This document shows positions 1 to 12,141 of a DNA stretch of 64,000 nt, piece by piece. The notes beneath the pieces were generated by a model that saw nothing but the letters and a program-made list of their open reading frames with translations, was not told the origin of the DNA and searched no databases. The stretch comes from Piromyces finnis finn (lineage: Eukaryota; Fungi; Neocallimastigomycota). The first letter of the stretch is position 1. Every line of letters starts with the position of its first letter. The stretch is from NCBI GenBank assembly GCA_002104945.1, contig MCFH01000018.1, positions 620,001 to 684,000 on the forward strand, read 5' to 3'. Made by a program: the position numbers and the translations under genes.

Positions 1-1010
1 ACTTTATCGATATTAATATCTTGATTGATATCTCATTTTTTAAGCATGGGAATAAAAATTCTATATATGTTGGTTCTTCATACTAACGCTCAAATGAATA
101 CATGTTTTTTATAATGGTCATACCACACATCTAGTTGCTCTATTGTAGCAATAACTAGTTCTTTATTTTTATTTCCAATTGATCAGTAAAGAGAGGATCT
201 TTTCCAATTTTAGTAGTTTTTTTAATCTATTTCCAAACTTTCTTAGAATTGTGTGTTTTCATATAATCATAACCTGTTTTAATCCAATGAGGATATTCCT
301 GTTTTCTAAACTCATTATTCTTTTTGTGAATGATAGCAATATAAGCAATATGTTTCATAATCTTATTAATAAATTCATTTAGATTATGATTATCAAGACT
401 ATCTCCTTTTAAATCCTTATAAAGCTTCATTTTAACTTTCTTAAGATTAAAAATTTGTTGGAAAAATATAAAATGAAAATATAATAATTTCATTAATTGT
501 AGTGAAGCTGAGCTCCTCAGCAATTGAAAAAGCAACTAAAATAAAATCATTATAAAGTTCATCTAATGAAATATTAGAATCGTTGGATTTGGAATTTATT
601 ACGACTAAGAACGAGAATGGAGTTCTTTTCTTCAATACAGTTTAATCTTCTTTATATAAAGAATTTCTTTGGAATACTAAAGTCGAAAATCATTAAAAGA
701 ATCATCAGCTGGGATAGATTTACAATTAATAAAGAAAGGTTTATTATTTGTTATAGTATATAGTATGATAGTCAATAAATGTGCCTGAAGCTAAAAGATA
801 TTTCATCTTCAAATTGGCAAGAGAATAACCAATGTCAGAACATTGATCTCCTCTTGTCCAAAAAGGTTCATCCATTACCTAAAGTCCAATAATAGAACTT
901 CAAGGACTAATTAAGCATCCATTATACAATGCTTAGATTTTTCTAACTCCTCGGTACCATGAGCATTGAATAGGCCTCCTCAGGAAACAACACCAAAAAG
1001 GAAATTCGTT
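1..1010 (-). mobile_element. Decayed non-LTR retrotransposon (LINE) ORF2 fragment, probably endonuclease-to-RT linker region; continues off the window edge
   Basis: GC-richer than its flanks. The minus-strand translation is broken by stops and frameshifts but contains KTHNSKKVWK*IKKTTK and NKNKELVIATIEQLDVWYDHYKK, resembling the K-x-W-K-x-I-K and D-x-x-G-x-L...W-x-E-H-F motifs of the LINE pre-RT linker. No clean catalytic motif seen. Confidence 0.4.
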
Positions 1011-1131
1011 CCTAAAAGAGTTAAAAGTAAAAAAAAATAGAATTCGAAAAATGATAAAGGTTTGTAAAATATATAAAAAAAGCAAATAATTACTATTCAA
1101 TATTAATATTTTGTTCAAATATATATGTATA

Positions 1132-1237
<106 letters not shown>

Positions 1238-1473
1238 TAAACTCACATATTCCAAACAAATTCATATTATAAAAAAAACTTTTATCATTATTTAATAAAA
1301 AAAATCTTATATTTAACATTTTTTAAATATGTCTTTTGTATAAATATATAAATATACAATTTTTTTCAATTTTAATTAAAATCATTGTAACAGTTTCCAG
1401 TTTCAAAAGAGTAACTTGATTTCTGTTATAAATTGTCTTTAAAAAAATAATAAAAAGATCTAGTATAAATTAA

Positions 1474-1559
1474 TATTTATCCTAGATTTTTGGGGATTTA
1501 ACCAGACTTTTTTGCCAGAAGAAATTTGATCTTAGGCAAACTTTATACCAGAAAATTTT
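1474..1559 (+). repeat. Dispersed ~85-bp repeat, copy A (TATTTATCCTAGATTTTTG followed by three CCAGA iterons)
   Basis: 19-nt exact match to 31157-31175. CCAGA at 1502/1516/1548 versus 31186/31199/31232 (spacings 14,32 versus 13,33). Confidence 0.7.
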
Positions 1560-2351
1560 CAAAAATGGTTTTTTATTAGTATTTGATTAAAAAAATCATT
1601 ATTTACATTATATATATAATAAGAATGATAAAAAACAGAAAAATGAAATTTCAAAAAGAAAAAACTAAAGTATACAATATATATGAATAAATAAAATATG
1701 CAATATTATATTTATTTATTTAAATATGTAAAACATAGATTTTATTCATTAATCCGGCCGGTTATTTATAAATAAGAAAATAATATTATGAAAAGTTTTA
1801 TTATATTGTTATTAATTCTGGTATTAAATTGTTTTGTTATAATAATAATTTTTTCATCTTTTCAGAAACCAATAAATGATAAAAAAAAATTATTAAATAA
1901 TATTAAAATTCCTTCTCAAAGAAAAAAAAAATAAAATATGATAAAAAGGAAAGATATTACTGTATTTTCCAATAATAATGTATGATTATTAGCATAATGA
2001 CCTTTTTTATGGTCACAATTAAAAAAAAAAACTTTAATTAAATATTGAATATTATATACTTTAGTTTAAAATAGAAAAATATTTAAATTATTTATTTAAA
2101 TTATCAAATAAATAGAAACTTTAATCAATTATATTATATTATTATATTATATTATTATATTATATTATATTATATTTATATTTATAAGAGTGAATAAATT
2201 TTATTTGAGAAAATGGGTATAAAATGAACAACTTCTTTGTATTTTTTTTTTCTTTTCATTATTTACTTATAACATTACAATAAAATATTAATATTGATAT
2301 TGATAATCATTTTATTATATAATAAATAAAAAAAAAGACATTATAATAAAT

Positions 2352-4556
2352 ATGACTTCAAATAAAAGACATAATAAAAAGGTATATAAAAATTTATTCA
2401 AAAAACTAAATTTTTTCGAAATTTTTGAATATATTAATATATTAATTAATACAACATTTTTAATATATAGATTTCAAAAAAGAATAAATATTCTTCAAAA
2501 GAAAATGAAGCCAATGTAAGTAAAGATAAAACACTAATTTTAAAATTAAAATGAAAAAGAAATTATACTTATTTTTAATCATAAATATAATTATTATGTT
2601 TATAGCGTATTAAAAAATATATTCTAACAGATGATGATAAAAAAGATATCATTGATTTTTTAAAATCAATAAGGAATAAGAATTATGAAAGACCTTTTTT
2701 AAAACTAAGAATTAATAAAAATGGAATTTTTAAAAAAGGAAATAAAAGTCCATTGAAATATAAACCTGCTTTAAACATTATAAAAATGTTAGTTATGTTG
2801 ATTAAGGAGAAAAAAGTAAATGAAAAAACTTTTTCAAATTCAATTACAGTTCAAAAAGTATTATACCACAATGATTCTGTTATAGAACAACCAGATGATA
2901 TAACAAAAGTAATTACTGTTCCTATTTTTAATTGCATTTCCTCAAACAATATTGAAAGAATATGTGGAACGTTGAAAGGTGTTAAAACCTATCTTATTGA
3001 ATTTGACTTTTTCTCAAAAGACGATCAATTTATAGAAAATTTAAACAATTATAAAAAAGTATACCTTCAAAATAAAGAGATACTTGTAGAAAATAATGAA
3101 GAAAATATAAGAAACAATGAACCTATTGATCATATAAATAAAAAGGTTGATACCAAATTGTATAATATAAATTATACTTCAGAAGATAAAATGGGTAAAA
3201 TGCGTATAATATAATATTTTAATATATATTTTAATAGAAAAATATATAATATTTATTAATATCATACATATAAATATTAATAATTAATAATAATATATAT
3301 ATATAATAGGAGAATTATCATTAAAAATTAATACAAAAGTACGTAATATAAATAATCATGTTATATTCACGATTATACTTTTTGGAAATAAGAATCATGG
3401 CATTATTTTAGAATTTTTCACAACATCAGAATATAAAGATTATATTCAAAGAACCAACAAAGATACAAGATTCTTTTCTTGGTATATAAATGATCCTTGT
3501 TCATTTATAAGAAATTTTATAACTTTAATCAATGATAATTTAAATTTTAATAGTAATTTTGACTTTTCATTAAATTACCGAGTTTTTTCAATAAATTCTT
3601 CAATAAAGAGAAAAATATCAAATAATGAACTCCATTTAATTGAATTATATAACATTTTTTTGAGTTCAGAAGAAGATTCATATACATCTGATAATATATT
3701 AGAACAAGGACAACCATCAATATCTTATTCTTTAAATCCACCCCAAGAAAGCAATTTACCAAATAATAACAATTTTGATTCTTTTTTCTTAAATACAATA
3801 ATGAATGAAGAAACAACTAATTCACCTGATAGTACAACTATCACTAGTCAATTTTTAAATGAAAATAGTATTAATAATTCACTTGATTCAGATTTATTTA
3901 ATAAAATACAAAATAATGCTCAAGAATCAGATATTGATTTTAGTATGACTAATTCATCTAATACACCCGAAAATAATACAAATATACTAATGAACCAACA
4001 TATGATGAATAATAGAAATTTAAATAATCAAGAATATAACAACATGTCATCTTTATTAAGCACTCAATATAACTCACCACTTCTTAACATGGATAACCAA
4101 CAAGAATTAAGTAAAGATTTTCAATCAATAATATCTAATAATATAGCAATGCCAGCGGAAAATACAAATATATCATTAAATCAATTATATTGTAATTTTT
4201 TGAAATGTAATTTATTACCAAATAATAATTCACAACCATTATTAGAAAATTTTTATAGTCAAAATACTTCAATCACAGATTATCAAAATAATCAAAATTA
4301 TTTACAACAAGCTTCCTCATCTCAACCTTTAGCTTCATCACAAGCACATTATTATTCTAGCATTTTTAATTATTCTTCTAATGAAAGCATAGATAAAATA
4401 GATAAAATATTAAATGAAGCTAATAAAGAAAAACTAATAAAGATTTGTGAAGAAATAATTAGAGAAATTGATGATAAAAAACTAATCCATATTTGTAAAA
4501 TTTTACTAAAACAATTTGCAGATTCTAGTATTATGGATTTGATTGAAAAATATTAG
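2352..4556 (+). CDS. Uncharacterised protein (~636 aa), paralogue 1 of an unrecognised family; basic N-terminus, conserved central domain, N/Q/S-rich C-terminal region
   Basis: Exons 2352-2381, 2471-2515, 2606-3194, 3310-4556 join in frame with GT..AG introns and merge ORFs 2753..3214 and 3660..4556. Shares PLxYKP, SIxxQKVLY and FTTSEYKDYIQRTN plus a phase-1 intron position with the gene at 33878-35770. Confidence 0.8.
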
Positions 4557-5863
4557 TTAATAGAATTTCTTCCGATTTATCAGAATATTATAAAATATAT
4601 TAAAATACATTATTTTTATTTTGATAAAAGCAAATTTCTTTTTCAAAATATTTGAATATCTCTAAAGATTTGCCACAGCTACTTTAAATATAATGTATTG
4701 TAATTTTAAAATTACAATTATTTATGTTAAAGTTGTAGTTGATAAATGTGGAATAACTATAAAGATACCACAAATAATTGAAAAAACTCACTAATAATTT
4801 TTCAATAAAAAAAAAATATAACTTGTTTGTTAGTAAACTATATTGCTAATATTTCAATATGAAAAAAAAAATGCTGTAAACATTATATATATATATATAT
4901 ATATATTAAGATGCTACATTTAAAAAAAAAGTATATTTTCAAAAAATAATAATGAAATAATAATTTATCATATTTAAAAGTATATATTCATAACTGTTTA
5001 TTAATTTCTATAAAAAACTTATATTTATTTGTAATTTTTCATATCTAATTAAAATATATAATAATCTAAAATAGTTATTATTTATTAATAAAAAATTAAT
5101 ATAATTTATTTAAATGAGTACAAAAGTATCTTAAAAACGTAATGTAATTTTATTATTATAAATCCTAAAATAATAATAATATTATTAGTATAACAGGTAT
5201 AGAACAACAACAATCGAAAATCTTTTTTAACAAAAGTTTTTTCTTGAAAATGAGGTGTTTATATAAATTGTAAATTATTGTTATTGTTATTTATTTATTT
5301 TAAATTAAATAATTATAGTTAATTAAATTATTTTAACGAATCATCTTTAATTTGTTAATTGGATTGACCATTTTATCTGTTAATTATAATAATTAAATTA
5401 AATATATTTAATAAAAATAATGGTCACTCACTTCATATCTAAAAATAAAAAAAAACCTTTTTCATTTTGTGTAACAATTTATCAATATTAAATAAGCTTA
5501 TGAATATTTTCCTAATAACAACTCTAATGAATAATAAAACAACCACAAAAAAGCTTTAGCTATTGAAAATTGATAAATCTATTTATTAATATGTAATTAT
5601 TCATATATTTCATAAAATACTATTGTAAAAACAAAGTATTCATTTTTATACCAAATATTAATGATAAAAATGGTATTTAATAATTTAATTTTCTTCTTTT
5701 GAATTGTCATAATTACAATTATATAATTTAACTCTTAACCTTTTTAAATATATATAGATCATATTTTTGTATTATCTTTGGTATTCATATAGTTATTAAG
5801 TATTGTATTTAAAATAATATATAAAAAAATTATTTATTTATACATAAATAAATAAACTAATTT

Positions 5864-8800
5864 TTATTGATTCCATTTTAAAAACATATCATCAAAATCT
5901 TCAGTTGAAAAATTGGTATTTAAATAGTCAATAAAAGCTCTAGAAAAAATATTTCTTTCTTGAGTGAAACATATGGTATTTAAATTTGGATGATGTGATA
6001 TAAAATTCCTTATTGTTTTTTCCGTAATTCTAAAACATCCTTTAATATTTAACTATAAAATTTTTGTACAAATTAAAAAAAATTATTAATATTTTTTATT
6101 TTTATATATATCATTAATTAAAAAAAAAAGTTTTTTTTTTTGTATTTATTTTATAAAATAAATTACTTTCTCTATATTTGGACAATAGGTATTTAAACAA
6201 TCAATTGATTTATTTGTTAAAGCTTCTGAATTTGCAATGGATAAATATTTAATTTTTGATTGAGGTTTAATGAATGCTTCAAATCCTTCATCTGTAATTC
6301 TTGGACAATCATCAATTGATATGGCTTCTAAAGCCTCACAATAATCTGCAATTATCTTTAACCCATCATCCGTAATATCTATACAATCACTAAGATTAAT
6401 ACGTTTAACTCTAGAATTTTTTGGATGTCCATGGCTTCGTGTATAGCCATTAAAACGATATTTAAAAAGAAAATCATTAGAAATATTTGAAGAAAGATTT
6501 TCATTCATAAATGTAGAATCTTTTCCAATAGCAAAAAGATTTTCAAGGCCTTGATCCGTAATATTAATAAGACCAGTAAAGTTTAAATATTCCAATTTTG
6601 AGCAATAACGATTTATTAATTTCAATGAAGAATCAGAAAAACTAGTAGTCAACATTAAGCCTAATTCTTCCACATTCTTTAAATATGGAATAATATAATT
6701 AAAATCATCCTCTTCACATTCCACTTGAATTAAATCTAGATTTTTTAATGATGGTTCCAAATTTTTAAATATTTTTTTAATGCTAGCTTTAGATGAAAAA
6801 GAAAAGAAAGAAAGAATTAAAGAATGAATGTTGTGACAATGTTCAGTTATATGTAATAAACTACATTCACTAATATTTGATTTCGAAAATGGAATAAATA
6901 ATAATTGTTGAACATTTGTACAAACAGATGAAATAACTTCTGCTGTTAAATTACTAAAGTTTACTCCAAATAATGCAATATCTATTATGGTTATTATAAT
7001 TATCATTTTATAAATATTATATATAATATACAAATTTTATTATATAAAATTATTATTCAAAAAAATATTTAAATTTAAAAATGGAGTTTTTTATAATTAT
7101 TTTTAAATAGGTATGATATGTATGATATATATTCTTACATTTTAGATTTGGGCAATTACGAAGTATCATGTTAAATGCCAATTCACCCTTACGATCATAC
7201 CAATCTTTCGAATCTGGAACTTTACCATCATGAGTGACTCTTAAAACGATAGTACGAGTAGGAGAAATTTTTTCAGATTTGCATATAACTTCTAAAGATG
7301 CAGCAATTTTTAATAAAAGATAGGAATTAATAATATTAACATAGTTGAATGATAAAGTATGATAAAGTTCCTTTTGAGCTAAATAACGCCAATGACGACA
7401 AACTCGAATACAATTGTACAGTGCATTATAATTATTAGGATTAGTCTTTGAATCATGATCTTGATCCTCGGAAATACCAGAATATTGATCTTCATTATTT
7501 GAAATAGTTTCATTTGATTCGGATAAATTAATGCCGGATGAATTACTATTATTGTCATTAGTTTGATCTGACATTGAAGGTGAACTAGAAGAAGCTGTTG
7601 ATATGTCACTGGATGGTGATAGTGAACAATGTTTTGTTTTATTTTTAATATTTTTTTGGTTAATACGAACATATCGAAATATTTTTACTAAAATTTCAGG
7701 TGGGAAATTTTGTATTTTCGATGGAATTTTCTCCTTTGAAGTTGTGGTAATATCATTCACTATAGATGATGAGGAACTCTGTTCAAGTGAATTTACACTT
7801 GAAAAACTTTGCAAAAGAGCATTATTATGCAATTTATTTTTATTTAAAAATAAATCTTTATCGGATACAGATAAATCCAAATTAAAATAATCATGGAAAG
7901 ATGGTGTTGATAAAGAATAAGAAGAACTTTCTTTCACTTCATATAAATCGATAGAAACTGTGGAGGATGAAAGATTTTCATGGATAGATAGAGTATTTAA
8001 CTTGTTTTCTATTCTATCTTCAGAAGGTATTCTCTCTAATGAAACTTGTTTTTGTTCTTCATTCTCTTTAACCTCTACCACTTTACCCTTGTTTTTATTT
8101 GACACATACGACTTTTCCTCTTTCATTTTAATCGTACATATCATACTGTTTACCATAGTAGTTCGAGGCATATAATTAAGGGATATTTTATTCATTTCAT
8201 TTTTTTCATGATGATCATTAGTTAAAATATTAGAGCTAACATAATGATTATCTCTAGCAAATAAATCTTTATCATATTTTTCTATTTTTAAGAAGGAATG
8301 ACTCAATACACTCAATAGATTACGAATTGATGCCACAGATTCTGGATTAAGAATAGTATTATACATTTCATTATCTGTTGCTTCATTCAAATGATGACGA
8401 GCATGTCTATTTTCTTCAGCCATACTATCAAAATTATTATAGTATGGATCATCGGATATTATTAATAAATTTCTACAAGCACTCATTATATATATTAATT
8501 GACGTTTATAGGATTGAAATCGCTTTTGATAGTATTCAATATTCATTTTTAATAAAAATAAATTTTTATCAAAAATATTCTCATCTCTAATACGTTCATA
8601 TTTGTATAATAAGTTAAGAACTATTGCAATTTAAATAGTTATATAATAAAAAAAAAGATAATTATTAGAAAAAAAAATAATATTATATAAATGAATATAA
8701 ATTTAATAATTAAATGCTTATTTTTATAATTTTAAATCATTTTAATATGAAATTAAAAAAAATTCTAACATCAATTCAAGATATTAATATTATTATTATT

Positions 8801-9782
8801 TTAATTAAATAATGTATGGCCCTTTTTTTTGTTTTGTCTTATTTTATAATTCTTTTTCTTTAATAACTAGTATAAACTTACATTCATCATATTCAAAAGT
8901 GAATTTTGATTGAAGACTTGAAAGACAAAGATTTAATGTCCATGAAAGAGATTTATTTATTAATCGTTCATTTAAATATTTACAATGAATACCAAAATTT
9001 TCATTTTGAATATCTTCATTTCTTGCTTCTTGTTCTGCATGATGATTTTCTACTTCTTGTACAATATTAATTTCATCTATAATATCATTTTCTTCATTAT
9101 TATTATTATTATTTTCTTCGTCATTTTCAGCAAAATTATTAAAATTAATAGTATGTCGACGTCTATTATTATTATCAATATCTTCAACTGGTATTTCTTC
9201 TTGCCTTTCTACAAATGTAATATTTGAAGAAAGATGATTAGCAGACATAGAATTATTTAAATCGGCAGGTTGTTGGAATTCATTATCATTACTATTGTCA
9301 TTGTTATTATTAAATAGTAAAGCTCGACGTCCACCATGACGAATTTCTTCTTCTTCACTATCGATATCAGAATCTTCATCATCATTATCATTATTATAAT
9401 TAAAATGATTTATTAAAAGTGAACGAGGGCCTTCCTCATCATCATCATCACTATCATTGGAAACTAAGGAATAATGATAATTGCTATTTTGAAAATTTAA
9501 ATTAGAAGAATCCATTGCATTTATATGTAATCTAAAAGAATTTCCAATGGTATTCTGACGTTCATGAACAATTCGATTTAATTCTTCATCACTATGAACT
9601 GAAAGAGGAGGAAGTTGTAATGGGGATGGTAAATTTGTTGATTGACGACCATTTAATAATATACCCATTCTAGGTCTATAATTTTCCTCCTCTTCTACCG
9701 TCAAAGGACGGTATATTTGATCTTGACTAGTCCTTGACTCTACAAATGTTATATGTCTATTCTCGTAATTTTCATTTTCCAT
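5864..9782 (-). CDS. F-box / leucine-rich-repeat protein (FBXL/Grr1-like architecture), ~1128 aa
   Basis: Exons 9782-8882, 8620-7139, 6981-6167, 6052-5864 splice in frame (3387 nt) and join three ORF-track ORFs. F-box IQNFPPEILVKIFRYV...LYNCIRVCRHWRYLA; AMN1-type LRRs such as INLSDCIDITDDGLKIIADYCEALEAISIDDCPRITDEG. Confidence 0.85.
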
Positions 9783-11600
9783 AATTAATGATAATGACTT
9801 TTAAAATTATATTAAATGATATAATATCTAAAATACTAATGTTAATGAGATTTTTTGAAGAATAAAAACTCTTCCAGTAATGTAATTCTTTTTTGTAATG
9901 ATTATAATTATAGAATAGGTTATATATAAATAGATATCATCCAGTAGTAATATGATTATATAATTCAAGACAATATTATAGTTAAAAAGATTTATTGTTA
10001 AAATTATTATTCATAAAAAAGCCAAGTGTATTAAATAAAATAAAAAAAAAAAAAAAGATATTTATATATATTTATATTATTGGAATTTTCATTATTCTAT
10101 TCAATTTTTTTTTTTTTTTAATTTTATTTATTAATTTTTCTATTATCTTTATATTATTCTTTTTTCTTTATCTATACTAATTATTCTTATTTTAATGATA
10201 ATAATAGCTTAAAATAATTAAACAATAATAGATTGTTTTTTATCCAAAAAAAAAAAAAAAAAAAAAAATTATATAGTATTCATAAAATAGTTATCCATTT
10301 AATTAGGTATTATTTAATATAAATAAACTACTATCAAATAATTTCTTTTTTTTTTTATTATTATTATTATTATTTTATTATCATTCTACTCTATTAAAAT
10401 ACATTATATAATTTTAAATCTTAAATTTATTAAAAGTATAGAGTTTAAATTTAAATTAAAAAATAAGTTCAATTCTTTTTTTTTTTTTTTATCTATTTTT
10501 CAAATATAGCTATAGTTTAAATTATATATATTATTATTGGGCAAAAAATATTTATATATTTAATAACTGTAGAGGTATTTAAAAAAAAAAAAAAAAAAAA
10601 AGGATATTATAACAAAATATGAATGAATTTAACCCATTCATTATTTATGCAATAAAAACAATAAATATAAATATCATAATAAATCAATAAATTTAAAAAT
10701 TCATATTTCTTTCATTTTTCTAATACCTTAATAGTATTAAAACTTATTTATTATAAAATAATTAGTTTAAATCTGTAATTCTAATTCTTATCCTAGTAAA
10801 ATAATAAAACAATCTATAGTAAATATTAAAAAGACTATCCATTCATTTAATTAAAAATAGAGGAAAAGAAATAAGTATAATATATCTTTTCTAATAAAAA
10901 TATATAACATTATTAATACTTCAAAATGATTAAAAAAAAAAAATAAAATTAAAAAATAATACAATGCATTATATATTACAATAAACTTTTTTATTTAATA
11001 AAAAAATAAAGAATAAGTTAATTTGGAAATGTCGTCCGTTCAAACTTAAAATTTAAAATATATATATTTATTTATTTTAAATTTGTAGCACATGTTCAAC
11101 TATTATAATTTTATATATAAGGATTTTACAAAAAAAAAAAAAAAAAAAAAAAAAAAACTAGAATAATTAATATTATATAACATATATTTATATATAAATA
11201 GTATCATTAGTTTATAATCAACAACACAAAAAAAAAAAAAAAAAAACTTAATTTTTCATAAAAAAAAAAAAAAAAAAAAAAGTGATATATTTCTAATAAA
11301 AATCATATTTAAACTAATTATAATTTTATATAGCATATATAACACTATAACACTATTCTACGATATTTAATTATAATTTTAAAAATTACTCTTATTATTC
11401 TACCTCATTTCTTTGAATTTAGTCTAATCCTACATTTCTATTAACAAAAAAAAAAAAAATTAAATAAAAAAAAAATATTTTGATGGTAAAGAAATCAAGT
11501 ATTCCCTTAAAAAAAAAAAACGAATTAAAAGACTTAATAAAGCTAAAAATTTTAAGTAATAGTAATTAATATGCTAATGAACTTTTATTAAGGATACTGA

Positions 11601-11639
<39 letters not shown>

Positions 11640-11640
11640 A

Positions 11641-11649
11641 TGCTACGGA

Positions 11650-11688
<39 letters not shown>

Positions 11689-11823
11689 TTCCGAGTGCAT
11701 TTCTCCCATCGATCAGAGTTAGCTCCAATGGTGGTTCTTAGAGAAACGTTGGCTCATTCCTATTGCTAGGTGGTTGTGACCCTCCTGGTCTGTCATACTG
11801 TTTCTTCAGTGCTACGGATATAT
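11641..11823 (-). mobile_element. 5'-truncated poly(A) retroposon (LINE 3' end or SINE), copy 1, with 14-bp TSD
   Basis: TSD TGCTACGGATATAT at 11641-11654 and 11810-11823; ~32-nt poly(T) on + strand (poly(A) tail on -); ~125-nt GC-rich body matching 46683-46774 with 4 substitutions over ~92 nt. Confidence 0.85.
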
Positions 11824-12141
11824 ATCCATATTAAAGCATTAAGTTTATTAAATAAAAAAAATTTTTTTATATATAATTTTATAAAAAAGATTTAATGTTT
11901 AAACTACTATATTTATAATATTATTATTTATTTATAATGGATATATATTAAATTAATTAAAACTAAAATTAAAATAAATATATTTTTATATATTTTATAT
12001 TTCAAAAAAAAAAAAAAAGTTTTTCTAAATTTAAATTTAAAAATATTACATTATGAATTTTAAATAAAAGATATATGAAATAATTATTAAATTAAAAGTT
12101 GGTATACAAAAAAAAAATAGAATACAAAATAAAAGATATTG

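Noticed and set aside
179-1118. Short ORFs 179..382, 227..535, 447..635 and 933..1118 as genes
   Set aside because: Pieces or shadows of a stop-riddled retroelement remnant.
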